From contig OX597831.1 in assembly GCA_951406725.2 (NCBI GenBank), positions 63,116,001 through 63,180,000 on the forward strand: 64,000 nt of DNA, given 5' to 3'. The notes under the pieces were generated by a model. It had not been told where the DNA came from and ran no database searches. It saw nothing but the letters and a program-made list of their open reading frames with translations. The DNA is from Octopus vulgaris (taxonomy: Eukaryota). The stretch's first letter is position 1, and each line of letters starts with the position of its first letter. The translations under genes and the position numbers were made by a program. Shown here piece after piece: positions 43,847 to 57,914 of this stretch.

Positions 43847-46798
43847 TCAGGATTTGGGCACCAAGGCCCATTCGAGCAGAGAGTTATTGTTTGCGGAGAC
43901 ATATCCAGGTGTGGGTGGTTTGTCCGGTACTGTTTGAAGGAATTTGTCCAAAGACTTCTTGAATTTTGTGTGGTCAGTTTCTTTTTTGACGTGCCCTGGT
44001 GTAATGTTGAAGAGAGCAGGTCCAATTGAGGTGAAATAGTTGTGCTGTATTGTCGTTATGTGATGCGATTTAGATTTTTGTTGTGGACGGATGGCACGTG
44101 GTCCAAGCCTTGGATGCATTTTGAAGGTGATGCCAACATCATTCGGACAGTGCTGGTGGAATATTTTCCACATCATACAGATAATGTAGCGTTCACGGCG
44201 TCGTTGGAGTGAATACAATTTCAGCTTCTCTAGTCTACCCCAGTAGTCAAGGTCTGACATGCTATCTATCTTTTTTGTGATTGACCTTTGGGGAGCTTCA
44301 ATTCTCATAATATTTTGTTTTGTGTAGGGAGACCACAGTGGACAGCAGTATTCAAGGTGGGGTCGGGCAAAAGTGGAGAAGAGAAGGATAATAGCGTGGG
44401 AATCTCTCGACTGGAAGGTTCTGAGAATCCAGGAACACATTCTGCGGGCCATGTCAACTTTGCTGCTAATATGTGTAGCCCAGCTTATGTTGTTGTCCAC
44501 TGTTACTCCCAGGTCTCTGATGTTGTTGGATGCCATGAGAATTTCTCCAGAAGGAAGAGAGTATGGGAGTTTCAGAGCGTCCTCCCTTCCAAAGTGGATC
44601 AGTTCAAATTTGTCTTCATTTAGCAACATGTTATTCTTTTCCGCCCATTGGACAACAGCCAGTAGGTCTGACTGAAGGTTTATTCGGTCATCCACGCCAT
44701 TGATGACCTTCTGGAGCTTGGAGTCATCAGCGAAGGTTCTGATGTTACTGTGTTTGATGGTATCAGTAATATCATTTATGTAGATGATGAAGAGAAGTGG
44801 GCCCAACACAGTGCCTTCTGTTAGACAGGAAGCACTTGATCCACTGCAGCAACTTTCCAGTGACACCAATATTGGACAGCTTTCTCAGAAGGATCTTATG
44901 ATCAACCCTGTCAAAGGCCTTGCTGAAATCAAGGTAGATGACATCAGTGTTGGAACCTTCTCCCAAGGCTCTCAAAATGTCATCAAATTGATGCAGTAGC
45001 TGCGTCAGGCAATCTCTCCCATTACGGAATCCATGCTGGTTGGGGTTCAGCATATTATGCCTCTCAAGGAAGTGAGTCATACGCGATCTCAGCACCCTCT
45101 CAAATACCTTGATGATATGAGAGGTGAGTGAGATTGGACGGTAATTCACGGCAAGCGATTTGTTTCCTTTTTTGAAAACTGGGACAAGAGACTGGGATAG
45201 AAGGTCCTCTGGTATATATCCAGCATCCAGTGAGTTCCGCCACAGATTGGCTAGAGGGGTGCGAGTTGGTTTTGACACATCTTCAAGACACAAGCAGGGA
45301 ACCTATCGGGACCTACTGCTGAATTATGCTTCATTTCCTTTATTGCTGCTAAGACATCAGGAGCGCCAAATGTTATGTCCGATAAAGTGTATTGGGGAGT
45401 AACATCACTGATACAGCCCAGATCAGTCATATCAGGATTGCTGAAAACAGAGCAATAATGTTTCTGCAATATCTCTCCCATGGTTTTGGCATTGTCTTGA
45501 AGAGTACCATTTTCATCAATCAGAGGGCCAACAGTAGAACCAGTGACTCTGTGTTTTTTTGCAAATGAAAAGAACACTTTGGGATTGAGTTTGATCTTCT
45601 CAATGGCCCAGGCCTCTTCAGCTCTTCGCTGACTATTGATGATAGACATCATGTTGTTTTGGAGTTTATGTTTTTTAATCTCTAGCGACGAGATGGCAGT
45701 CAGGTTGGTGTGTTGCTGTTGACAGTATTTCAGCATGTTGATCTTTTTGTTGATTCTTTTAATTTTCCTTATGAGAGATTTTCTATTTCTAGGGATTCGA
45801 CACTTAGATTTGTTTGCAGATCTTAATGGGGTGTGTCTTGCACATATGTTCGTGATGATGTCTACAAGTGACTGCCAGGACTTTTTAATGTTAGTGGGTG
45901 TGTATGTGTGCGTGAAGGACCAATCGACTTGTGCAAGATCATTATTGATCGCTTCCCAGTTTGCATTGTGGAAATCCATAGTGTCAAATGGATGAACAGG
46001 AGGGATGACATTTGTTTTGCATTTTGGCCAGTGAAATCTCAGATCACAGAGAACCATGTCATGGTCGGAGAGTAGGGTTTTCTCCACTGCAATATTGTGG
46101 ATAGTATCAGTGTGATTGCTGAAAATTAAGTCTAAGACGTTTTTGTGACATCTCGTTGGTTCGAGTACCAGTTGGGACAAGAAGAAGTCATCCATGAAGT
46201 CAAGAAGCGATTCCACTGCCTCCCTGTCAGGGGTTGAGAGAGAAGAACCTGGCGGCAGACTGTTTGTAGACCAGTCAACCCCGGGAAGGTTGAAGTCTCC
46301 CATCATTAAAATGTTGTCAAGTTGACACTGCTGAATGAAACACTTTATGCTGTTGAGGCATTCCTTGAAGCATGGTAGGGGAGTTTGTGGTGGTCTGTAG
46401 AGCCCAACTACTGTTAAGTTGTTGGTTTGACTGAATACAGCGACTGCTTCGCAGTATCCATTCGATAATATGTTCATGGCTTCTGTTGAGAATGAATCAT
46501 GGACATAAATGGCAGCCCCACCCTTTCTTCTGCCAGCACGATCAGCACGAATGGTTTTGAAATTTTTAACTTTCATCTCGGCTTCCAAGTGGAGGTCACT
46601 AAGATGGGTTTCAGTGAGGACGAAGAAAGGGATGTGGTTTGGATGGGCCTCGACCCAGTCCTCCAGGAATCTTATCTTCCATTTTTGTGTATTGGTGGAA
46701 GGGCTGATGCCTTGGGCATTAAGCAGAAATGTTGAGGCGAGAGTGGATGGTTTTAATTGTTTTGGTGATTTGTTTATTTGATTGCTTTTTAATGGCAT
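43847..46798 (-). pseudogene. LINE ORF2 (AP endonuclease + RT), broken into three frames
   Basis: LTETHL, YRPP, MGDFN, LDLIF, SDH; NYRPISLTS, QHGFR, YLDFSKAFD, GTVLGP, FADD, LEYCCPLWSP; breaks near 45290 and 44820. Confidence 0.93.
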
Positions 46799-47436
46799 GT
46801 GCAGTGGGGTATTTTTGGTGGATGGTGGTGGGTGATAGCTCGGATGTTTTTTTCCAGTTCTTTTGCTAGATTCATCATAGCTAAAAAAGAGGAAGAAGAG
46901 GTGGTTTCCTGTCTAGGGAACCGCAGGTGACTGTGGCCGCGGCTATTTTTATGTGAGTGGTTATCTTTAAATGTCCGACGAGTCCCCGGGAGATGGGTAA
47001 AGGGGCAATCCCTGTGCAGACACAATCTGTCTCGCTGGGAATAGCGGCAGATTTGGGGATTCCTTGTTTGAGATATTGGTGGTTGTGGTGGTGTTGTATT
47101 ATGGTGGTTGCTGTTGTAGTTTGTGGGGATAGAGCGTTTTGTTCCAGGTAAATGGGTGAATTTGCAGTCTCTATCAGTGCACAGTCTATGGCGAAGAGAA
47201 TATCGGCAAATGATGGGGTTTCGAGTGGGTGTGTAGGTGCGTGTGTGTGTGTGAGTTGTGAAAGGTGTAGATGATAGTTTGTTGAAGTTTTGGCGACCTT
47301 TGTGACCTGTAGGAGGTAAATTCCTTGAGATAGCATTAGTAGTAGTAGTTGTAGTAGTAGTAGTAGGTAGAAGAGATGTTGACAGTGGTAATGATTGAGG
47401 AGGTCGATTCCAAGACAAATATGTTTGTCGATACAT
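46789..47436 (-). CDS. LINE ORF1 C-terminal part with two CCCH-type fingers
   Basis: CRYSLRHRLCTDRDCKFTH and CRYSQRDRLCLHRDCPFTH; the stop overlaps the ORF2 start. Confidence 0.65.
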   Translation of the reverse strand: MYRQTYLSWNRPPQSLPLSTSLLPTTTTTTTTTNAISRNLPPTGHKGRQNFNKLSSTPFTTHTHTRTYTPTRNPIICRYSLRHRLCTDRDCKFTHLPGTKRSIPTNYNSNHHNTTPPQPPISQTRNPQICRYSQRDRLCLHRDCPFTHLPGTRRTFKDNHSHKNSRGHSHLRFPRQETTSSSSFLAMMNLAKELEKNIRAITHHHPPKIPHCTCH

Positions 47437-47448
47437 AGTTGTCGATAC

Positions 47449-47482
<34 letters not shown>

Positions 47483-47492
47483 ATATATATCT

Positions 47493-48392
47493 ACAGATGG
47501 GCTGAGGATAATAATATGCAGTTTAATGCTGAAAAATTCCAGGCCATGCGCTAGCAGCATCCAAAACTGAATATTAAACTTACAGGATACACCGGTCCAC
47601 AAGGAATTTCAATCCCAGAGCCTAAGTCTGTGAGGAACCTGGGTATCGACATGAGTGATGATACCTCTTTCCAAGTGCACATTACCAGGATGGCGACAAA
47701 GTGCAGACGACTGGCTGGGTGGATCCTAAGAACATTCAGAACCAGAGATAAGGAAACTATGATGGTCCTCTGGCGGACATTCGTCCTCAGTCGCCTGGAT
47801 TACTGCTGACAGCTATGGTCACTCTCCAGTGTAAAATTAACAGCGGACCTTGAAGCAATCCAGAGAACATTCACAAAGATCATCTCTTTGCAACAGCTCA
47901 GCTACTGGGAAAGGTTGAAACAGCTAAGACTCTACTCCCTGGAGAGAAGACGCGAGAGGTATGCAGTAATATATGTCTGGAAGATCCTGGAAGGAATTGT
48001 GCCAGATTTTGGCATTGTAAGATACACCAATGCTAGAACCGGACGACACTGCATAGTGTCAAAGATCCCAGCAATGCCATCACGCTTCAGGACCAGCTTC
48101 TGCAACAGCCTGGGTTTCAAGGGCCGACAGCTTTTTAATATTCTCCCAAAGAGTCTGAGGAACTTGCACAAAGTGGATGTAGCGGTTTTTAAATCAAAGC
48201 TGGACATCTTCCTGTCAAGAGTCCCAGATGAACCTACCTTACGGCAGGAGGTGCAAATGAGAGTAGCTATATAAAACTCCATTCTTCACCAAGTGCCACA
48301 TATTAGACGAGGTTCGTCGTAATAACAGTGTAGCACAAGACGGCGGTGCATCAGCATGGCCGCAGCTCTGAGCTGAAACTAGGAAAAAAAAA
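47493..48392 (+). mobile_element. 3' fragment of a second, divergent CR1-like LINE
   Basis: WAEDNNMQFNAEKF, GWILRTF, SRLDYC*QLWS, LSYWERLKQLRLYSLERRRERY. Confidence 0.88.
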
Positions 48393-48394
48393 TG

Positions 48395-48508
<114 letters not shown>

Positions 48509-48940
48509 TATGTATGTATTATGGAGATTAATATTATTAAATAGCTGTTTTAGTGCCTCTTGTGTTACCGTCCTGTAACTTGATTCCATTTACAATAGCG
48601 TGTATTTTATTCTTTCTCCATAAATATCCATAAATATAGCACAAAGCTAGACTTCCAATAAAATAAGAATATATTTACGGCAGCTTGTATAAACCCATAG
48701 ACAATTATATGCCGATTTCTCCTCAGCTCGAGAAACATAAAATATTGCAACAAATAACAAGGAAGGGAAATGGTACGAGAAAGCGGTCACGACAAATATT
48801 GCCTACTAAAAGGTTTTTACCAAAATATCTTATACAGTGAGCTTCAGAACTAAAAATCACAATTTTCTAGTTTTATTAACTGGTTTTCAAATATTTTGCA
48901 TTAAACTTACATCTTCCTTGTTATGCATTACATATGTGTG

Positions 48941-49220
48941 TGGAGGCATATGGCCTAGTGGTTAGAGCAGCGGACTCGTGGTTGTGGGATCGCGGGTACG
49001 AATCTCAGACCGGGCGATGTGTGTGTTTACGAGCGAAACACCGCAGCTCCGGCAGAAGGTTATAGCCAAATTCTGCTGACTCTTTCGCCACAACTTTCTC
49101 TCACTCTTTCCTCCTGCAGCTCACCTGCGACGGACCGGCGTCCCGTCCAGGTGGGGAACCTATATGCCAAGAAACCGGGAAACCAGCCCTTATGAGGCAG
49201 GCATGGCTCGAGAAGGAGCA
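48941..49220 (+). mobile_element. tRNA-derived SINE family C
   Basis: TGGCCTAGTGG A box, GGTACGAATCT B-box-like. Confidence 0.85.
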
Positions 49221-49704
49221 AATTATATATGTGTGTGTATGAGTGCCTGTGTGTGCGTGTGTATGTTTGTGTGTGTGTGTATGTGTGTGCGTCTGTGTGT
49301 GTGTGTGTGTGTTGTTTACTAACAGTATCATAAGTTATCTGAATCCGAATATTTCAATAGGTTGCAACAGTTTTCTCTACGTATTATTATAAAATGCTTC
49401 TAAAGTAATCAGGTAGTATTATGAAGAACTATGTACTTTTGCATCGAATCAGCATTTAGAAAATATACAAATGATGGAAATTCATATGCTCACGTTAGTA
49501 CTTATAATTGTCTTTATTTATATCTAAATTGATTTAAATTATATGCTTAATTTTTATGTGTCAAGTCATAAGAGCCGACTGAAATTATATTTTGATGTAA
49601 ATAAATTCAATTAATAAAAGCCTCGGATAAATTGAGATAAGCAAGAATCTAGATAAAATGAAATCTGAATTACTTCACAACGTAGTTGGACAATTTAAAA
49701 TAAA

Positions 49705-50103
49705 TACTCTTTTACTTGTTTCAGTCATTTGACTGTGGCCATGCTGGAGCACCACATTTTAGTCGAGCAAATCGACCACACGACTTATTCTTAGTAACCA
49801 TAGTACTTATGCTATCGGTCTCTTTTGCCGAGCCGCTAAGTTACGGGGACGTAAACACACCAGCATCGGTTGTCAAGCGATGTTGGGGTGGACAAACACA
49901 GACGCACAAACATATACACATACACATACATATATATATACATATATACGACGGGCTTCTTTCAGTTTCCGTCTACCAAATCCACTCACAAGGGTTTGGT
50001 AAGCCCGAGGTTATAGTAGAAGGCACTTGCGCAAGGTGCCACGCAGTGGGACTGAACCCGTGGTTCGTAAGCAAGCTACTTACCACACAGCCACTCCTAC
50101 GCC
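49705..50103 (-). mobile_element. SINE family A
   Basis: Reverse complement of the 33007-33408 copy. Confidence 0.9.
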
Positions 50104-50745
50104 TAAATGTTTACAAATTGTAAAAGTGCTGCAGGATGGTTTGTGTACATATATTTCGAATGGTAACTATTAATATTGTTACTACTCCGCATTTATATCA
50201 AATCTTACCAGAATTTCTTACGTCATTCAAGTAGGAGGCCTTTTGAGGCTAAGATGCAGCTGAAAATGGTAAATATGACAACTCTCAGAAAATTTTGACG
50301 AGTTTTAATGAAGACTATCGCGTTACGATTCACAAAAGATGGATAAATAATAAGTGTGATTCGTATTAATTACATGGAGTCATGGAGATTCCATAGTGTA
50401 TATCGCATATTCATTTTCACTAAGAGTAATGTAGATATACATATTGATGTACGAATGCATATATTCGTGTGAGAGTGGGGGGCGTGTGTGTGAGTCTGTG
50501 TGTGTGTGTGTTTGTGTACAAATACTTACACACATACACACGTCCAAACATGATCAGGATCCTGATTTGTTTAAAGTTAAGCATTTAAAATTTTAACACC
50601 TATAGCATCCGCTTTCAACAGCAATAAGAAGGCCTGAGTTGGAAAACATCATCTGCAGATCAATTAGATGTGCAGAGAAGACTGGATAATCGACAGGGAC
50701 TGCCTAAAACATCGATGGTGTCATGAAAGCCTTGGTATCAGGTTC

Positions 50746-50978
50746 AAGGCGCCGAGCTGGCAGAAACGTTAGTTCGCCGGGCGCAATGCTTAGGGGTATT
50801 TCGTCTGCCGCTACGTTCTGAGTTCAAATTCCGCCGAGGTCGACTTTGCCTTTCATCCTTTCGGGGTCGATTAAATAAGTACCAGTTACGCACTGGGGTC
50901 GATATAATCGACTTAATCCGTTTGTCTGTCCTTGTTTGTCCTCTCTTTGTTTAGCCCTTTGTGGGTAGTAAAGAAATA
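50746..50978 (+). mobile_element. SINE family B, full length
   Basis: GAGCTGGCAGAAACG head, GTTCAAATTCC B box, GCCTTTCATCCTTTCGGGGTCGAT core. Confidence 0.9.
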
Positions 50979-52457
50979 GGTATCAGGTTCGAACTCTGTT
51001 TGTGTATATCATGACTTCAGCAGAGTTGTCGACAGATTCGACCGCATTACCCTCTTCTCAATGATCGTCAAAAGGAGAATTAGTGGTAAACTATTATACA
51101 GGATAAAGTATTTTCTGTTGGACAGAATACATGTTGCGATAGGTGGAATCCTCTGAATACGGAGTTATGATTTCCAGTGTATTCAGTTTAATTAATCTTT
51201 GCGGAACTTGAACAGGGTAGTTCTATAAGTCGCATGATGACACTTTTTGGTCCTAAGAGTAATTCAGTTGTTGATTTGGAAGTTTTACATTCCCACAATA
51301 CACTGCTTATTTCAACATTATTAAATCGTCAACCGATGTCATAATCTAGAATTTAGATCGCGTTCATATTTTGTCCTCTGACGCTCTTAATTTACGAATG
51401 AAATCTCGTTCCCTTTCTTCCATTTTGTCCTCTATTTTACACATTTTCAAGATTACACTTCCTTGTTGCTGGCTCGTTCATTGTATCCATTTCACTTGTT
51501 TTTCGGAGGATTTGCCCTTTATATTCATTTAATTCTGTTAACTACGTTATGGTATATTTCTCTTCCGTTTTCGGACAAATGCTATACGATTTAACCATGC
51601 CTTCTTTTCTTGAATTCTCTATTGCAGACTCATAGTATTCCAGCAAAATCTCTAAAAGTGTGAAAAATATTTTTTCTAGGGTTCTTTATATACTATAGTG
51701 CTGTATCATAGATATACATATTGGGGAAAATGAAGTTTAAATAAGTATATGCCAAAAGAGACGTAGCCATTTAAACTTCAAACACTACTCAGAAAATATA
51801 TCATTAATACGTCTCCATAAAGTCATGGGGAATTAATAGGAATTCAATGTAATCATATGACAAAACCCTTTGAGTTATCTGTAAACAATAACTTTAAAAG
51901 TACAAATGCAAATAATTAAATTGCATGAATGACAATGTTAGTCTTGTACTATAAGTTGACGTTATGCCATTCACTGGAATACTGTTCTTTTGACTTACTG
52001 ACAGCTATTGGAATTTTTTAATTTCTATAAATCATATCCCTTAGAGATATTTCGCTTTTGTTATATTTTTAAATAACGTTTTCCTGTTATAGAAATGCCT
52101 CAATGTAAATATTACACTATATACGCTATTCTCTTTGATGTTATACGCTTTCAACCCTTGCCCTTAAGAGGAGTGAAATTGTATATCTGGCTGTGCTCAT
52201 TAAATGTTAACTATTAGTTGCTATAAAATAGCTATTATTCAAAAACCTTACGAAGTGGACTAATTCTGTTAATCTTAATAGTTATAAAAATAGCTTCATC
52301 AAAATAATTTAAGCCTAACAAACTAAACTACGTTTGATGGCTAAAGTGCTTAAAACGCAACAAAAGAACTTTTCTGAAAATGTATACGCCATATACCTAG
52401 AAAATTACTATAAACACACATATGCATCTGAACACATACAACACACACACACACACG

Positions 52458-52505
<48 letters not shown>

Positions 52506-52544
52506 CACCACAGCGCAGCGGTCAGCAATGTCGATGGGGGGAAT

Positions 52545-52705
52545 AAATGAATTACATCGACCCCAGTGCTCAACTGGTACTTATTTTATTGACCTTGAAA
52601 GAATGATAGGGAAAGTCGACCTCGACAGAATTTGAACTTAGAATGTAAAGACGGAGGAAATACTGCAAAATATATTGCACGGCATGCTAACGATTCTGCT
52701 AGTTC
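52545..52705 (-). mobile_element. SINE family B, degenerate
   Basis: Similarity to other copies. Confidence 0.75.
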
Positions 52706-54024
52706 TTGCTCCCTTGTTAATATTCGCTGGAGGTGAGTGTATAGTCGTCCATCATATTTTTCCGGCATATTTTACATGTAATATATTCGTGCTTGTCACT
52801 GATTGGTCATAACAGTTTCGCCAGTCACTGAGGACTTACAAATGTCAACAGATTATCCTCCCTCTATTGGCTATTTCATAAAAAAACAAAACGCCATTTT
52901 ACGAAAGAAAGCGGAATGAGACTTTTAACAATTCATTTAATATGTTTTCAAGTGAATGGCACGTGTAATAAAATATATTTGCCATGCTCTTACATAGAAA
53001 CAAAGAAGTTGTCCTTGTTTGGGTAAAGTTTGAAGCAATTTCCAGTGTGACACCATATTTTGAACCTTGGATATCTTATCTGAATAATATCACGAATTGC
53101 CAATATCCTCGACAGCAACATTTTACCAGATATATGAGATAATTATCTATTGTCAACACGAAATGAGGAGGTGAGATAAACTTGCCATCCACGTACTAAA
53201 TATAATTCAAAAAGTTATATTGGCAAGTTTCCCTCATTAGCCTCTATAAATCGAACAGTATTAGTTGTCATTGCTACATTTTTTTCTTTAGAGAAAACAT
53301 CTATTATTAAAGCCAGTTGGATTGAACCGAGGTTAACTATGCTGGAATGTCAAACTTTTTAATCCATGTGTTTCCTTGTAGAGAGAAACACTTAATCTAA
53401 TAAATAATTTTCGTTTTCCATTAAACCGGTAAATTGAAAAAAAGCAAGTAAAAAAAAACTCCGTGTATTATAAATAAATAATAATATCTACAGTCTTCTT
53501 ACTTGATTTCAGTATGGACTTAGCCGTCTTTCTTATTGACCACTCTGTTGATATTGTCATTCTCCATGTTTTGTATAAATATAGATTTACTGAAGAATAT
53601 CAAACTTAAAATACTAGCTGCTACAATGGCCATAAATAGTTCATCGACATTTTCGTTAAAACCGGACGAGGATAAAAATTTTGAAATAATCTTCCTGTGA
53701 CAGATGACGAGACGTGTGACACGTCTGCTGTATGCGCACGAACACACACAAAGAGCACAAGCAAGCAGAAACAGATAGTGAGACACCCTTCTATGCGCAA
53801 ACATTAACATGATTTTATTTACGATATGCACTTACACATTTTATATACTTATACATACATACAAAAATGCATATATATATATATATATATATATAACAAT
53901 GATAAATCTCAGAGCGAGTTTTATCATTGTTTGATTTCACTTTTCAATATCAGTGTCAATCGATACTGGAAAAAGTATATGTATTTGTGAAGGGAACCGA
54001 CTTCTCATCGACAACTATGATTGT

Positions 54025-54069
54025 CACACGCCGATGACGGGTCAATACCCTGAAACTCGAGTCCGTGTG
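54025..54069 (+). ncRNA. Type I minimal hammerhead candidate (U4C variant) capping a long stem (53981-54114)
   Basis: CACACG CCGATGA cGGGT caat ACCCt GAAA CTCGAG TC CGTGTG. Confidence 0.72.
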
Positions 54070-54237
54070 TATCATAAGTTGAAGACGGGAAGGATGGCTT
54101 CACTTCGCAAATACTGATAGGGCACAGAAATGTATCTATAGCCAGCTGGAGGAGGTGTTCTCCTGGGGCTACAAACTACAGTAGCATCCACCCTTAGGGG
54201 TTCTTAGGGGTTAGCCATATTCAAATGGCAAATATAC

Positions 54238-54292
<55 letters not shown>

Positions 54293-54421
54293 TATATACA
54301 TACATGCATACATATATATATATATATTTCTATATGAATAATATTTTGTCTAATGACTAATTCGTCTTTTGTGCTAGGCCACTGGTAATAATAACCTATG
54401 TTATTACCCTTTTTGATTATG

Positions 54422-54467
<46 letters not shown>

Positions 54468-54572
54468 ATATAAGTCCAGCAAAAATTTAGATTCAAATGA
54501 ATATGGTACTTAATTTAGATGCACCAGAATTCTGAATGGTGTTATCCATATAAATCCGTGGGGTGATTATAA

Positions 54573-54634
54573 TCAAAATAAGCAACAAGAATGACTCCGG
54601 TAATCACCGGAGTCATTCTTGTTGCTTATTTTGA
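54573..54634. repeat. Perfect 29-bp inverted repeat with 4-nt loop
   Basis: TCAAAATAAGCAACAAGAATGACTCCGGT aatc ACCGGAGTCATTCTTGTTGCTTATTTTGA. Confidence 0.95.
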
Positions 54635-54685
<51 letters not shown>

Positions 54686-56209
54686 TATGTGCGTGTGTAT
54701 GTATATGTATATATCGGTATTTGTATATTGGACTGTACACGCATTGAAAACCGACAATACGGTTGATATATGCGGAGTTGAGCCGAGCAAGACATTAGCA
54801 TTCATCTAGAAATGGTTTCCATTAGAATGGAAAGTAGAAGCAACGAAGAATCTCAAGTAGAACAACGGTGTAATTAAGCATTTCTTAAGCGTCCATTTTA
54901 TGATCTGTCTTAAAGATTCTTTCTGTGGTAGTTTTAGTATATTTCACTTAAAATATGTGTTTTCTTGATAGCATTTTTCTTGCACAGATAACAGAGGTAG
55001 CATAAATGTCAGTCAAAATAAAGCATTGGCCAATAACAATAGCAACGAATTGAATTCTACTTATTTTTACGTTAAATAAGGTAAGCCAGCAAGACTAAGT
55101 GAACAATATTAATACAACTAGAGTGGAAGATAAAATGTGAGGTTACAAAGAAAGGCTATTGAAAAATGGAAAATGGTAGTGCAACGATGCCGAGTGATAA
55201 CAGAGCTGGAGTGACAGTTATTGTAGTTTGCTTGAGTACATTATGAAATATAGAAGAAAAATCTAAATAATGAAGAAAATATATACAGTGAGAGAGAGAG
55301 AGAATAATTCAATGGTTTTACCATCAAAATAAAGGACAGGTATTATTTCTCGTTTATGAAAAGAGCTTCACCTAGTTTGCCCAGAAGGGTTATATATCTG
55401 CTTTTGTCAAGTTTACTTAAGTTACGAAAAGGTTTTTTTTATATAACATTTACATCAAAGTTATTCAAAATGAACATAATGAAAACGAGATTCACACTCG
55501 CATGCGCACACAAATAGTTTTTTCTTCTTTCTCTCTCTTTCTCTATCCTCCTCTCATTCTCTCTCACTAGCTCTCATTCTCACAATAGAGAACATCACAT
55601 TAGCGTAGCACACACACAAGTATATGTATATATATATATATATATACAAGTTTGAAAAAATAAATGACAGAGTTTAATAACATACATAGGGCACCAATGT
55701 GATCAATTTGTGCAGACATACTCATTACTGCAAGATCATATACATTCCTGTGAGTAGATACAAATACATATATACGTTCATATTCGCTTATATTATAATG
55801 TATGCATGATATACAAATAAATACGCATACATCTAAAAAGAAAACTTTAACACGAATACATCCATAGGCATATACAAATATGTGTTTATGAGTGTGCATG
55901 AGTGTGGAAGTGCAAAAGATAGAAATAGCACCAAAGACAATTAGCAATTTAACTGAGAAAAGCATCTGCTGTTTCCCTAAGTCGATACCCAGCTATTTGT
56001 GATCTTTCACACGGCAGAAAAATGAATCATACTTTTGTCGCCTAAAGAACAGCGAAGAGCGACGAGCTTTGAATAATAACCAAGGAGAAGAAGATGAAAT
56101 GTATGTGCGTGTGTGAGCGCGTGAGTGTGTGTGCGTTTCTTTGTATATGTGTGTATGTATGTGTGTTTGGGAGCGTGTGTATTGCGTGTGTATCTATTCT
56201 TTTCTTTTT

Positions 56210-56625
56210 TTTTCTTTTACTAGTTTCAGCCATTTCACTGCGGCCATGCTGGAGCACCGAGTATATAGTCAACCAAATCGACCCCAGAGCTTATTCTTTG
56301 TAAGTCGAGTATTTATTCTATCGGTCTCTTTTGCCGAACCGTACCGTTAAGTAACGGGGACGTAAACACACCAGCATCGGTTGTCAAGCGATGCCGAGGG
56401 GACAAACAGACACACAAACATATATACACACATATATACATGTATATATATATATATATATACATATACGACGGGCTTCTTCCAGTTTCCGTCTACCAAA
56501 TCCACTCGCAAGGCTTTGGTCGGCCCGAGGTTATAGTAGAAGAAACTTGCCCAAGGTGCCACGTAGTGGGACTGAACCCGGGACCATGTGGTTGGTAAGC
56601 AAGCTACTTACCACACAACCACTCC
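56210..56625 (-). mobile_element. SINE family A
   Basis: Reverse complement of the 33007-33408 copy. Confidence 0.9.
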
Positions 56626-57914
56626 TGGTACTTATAAACATATGTATATGCATTTATCTATGCATATTGTGCAAGTATTTGCGCTTGCGTGAGCGTACCT
56701 ACGTGTTTGCCAGCGTGTGTGGGTGTGTATGCGCGTGTACGTGTGTGTGTGTGTGAGCGTGTCTGAGTGTACATACTTGTGTATGTGTTTTGTATGTGTA
56801 TATATGTGTGTTTCTCCGTGTTTGTGTGTGTGTGCGAGTACGTGTGTGTACGTATGTGTGCGCATTTGTGTCTGTGTGAGTGTGTGTATGTGTGTTGGTG
56901 TGTTTGTGTGTCCGTGAGTGTGTGTAGGTGTGTTGGTGTGTGTGTGAGTGCGTGTGTGTGTGCGTGTGTGCGTGCGTGTATGTGTTTCTTCGTGTTTGTG
57001 TATGTGTACGTGTGTGTACATTGTGTGCGTATTTGTGTCTGTGTGAGTGTGTGTATGTGTGTTGGTGTGTGTGTGCGTGTGTGCGTGAGTGTGTGCGTGA
57101 GTGTGTGTATGTGTGTTGGTGTATGTGTGTGCGTGTGTGTGTGCGTGTGTGTGTGCGTGTGTGTGAGTGTGTGTGTGTATGTGTGTGTGTGTGTGTGTTT
57201 GTGCCTGTGTGCATACGTAGAGATGTTTGTAATTAACTCGCTCAGAAGTTTGACCCAATTGGGCCTTTTCGGCAGTTTGACATGGAAAGCCTTTAACACG
57301 CGAATTGGCTGAATGATAAGCATCGGATATGAAACGGGCAGTAATTAATTACAGCTTCTAAAGTTCTTTGTTGAATTGTGTCGAGGTTAACTCTGCCTAT
57401 CACTCTGAGCCGATTTATTATACTGATAAATCAACCTGTAACAGGAATAGAGGTCAAGATTTATTTTAGGTTGAGCGTCACTCCTTCCCTAATATTTTTC
57501 AGTTGTATCATATATATATATATATATATGAAAGTGTGCGTATGTATGTACATATGTATGTATGTGTATTGCTTTTGGATTTACCTTCAATTTACGATGT
57601 CTGGAAAAACGCTATCAACTAAATCTGAAGGCAGCAGTGTCGAAAAAGAGGAGTAAATAGATTACATTTGATATTGAACTTGATGTTTTAAAGAGACTTT
57701 TATGCGGTGCTACAAGTAATTTTGCCAAAACATTAAATCTTGCAATGTCTACACTGGGAACAATGCATGACAACAGAGAGAAAATTATGTCAAGGGCTCA
57801 AGAAACCAGTCCGTTAATTGACCGGATCTCATTTTTTCATAGATTTAATGCAATGCTTTAAAATGGAACGACTCTTGGGTGTATGGATCAAGAATCAGCA
57901 ATAGCGTCATATAC

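Larger units (their letters stand above)
43758..47448 (-). mobile_element. CR1-like LINE, 5'-truncated in ORF1
   Basis: ORF1 tail, APE-RT ORF2, 3'UTR stem-loop (TGGCCAGTATTGGCC on +) and (TTCTAAG)-type tail; (TA)n on both flanks. Confidence 0.93.
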
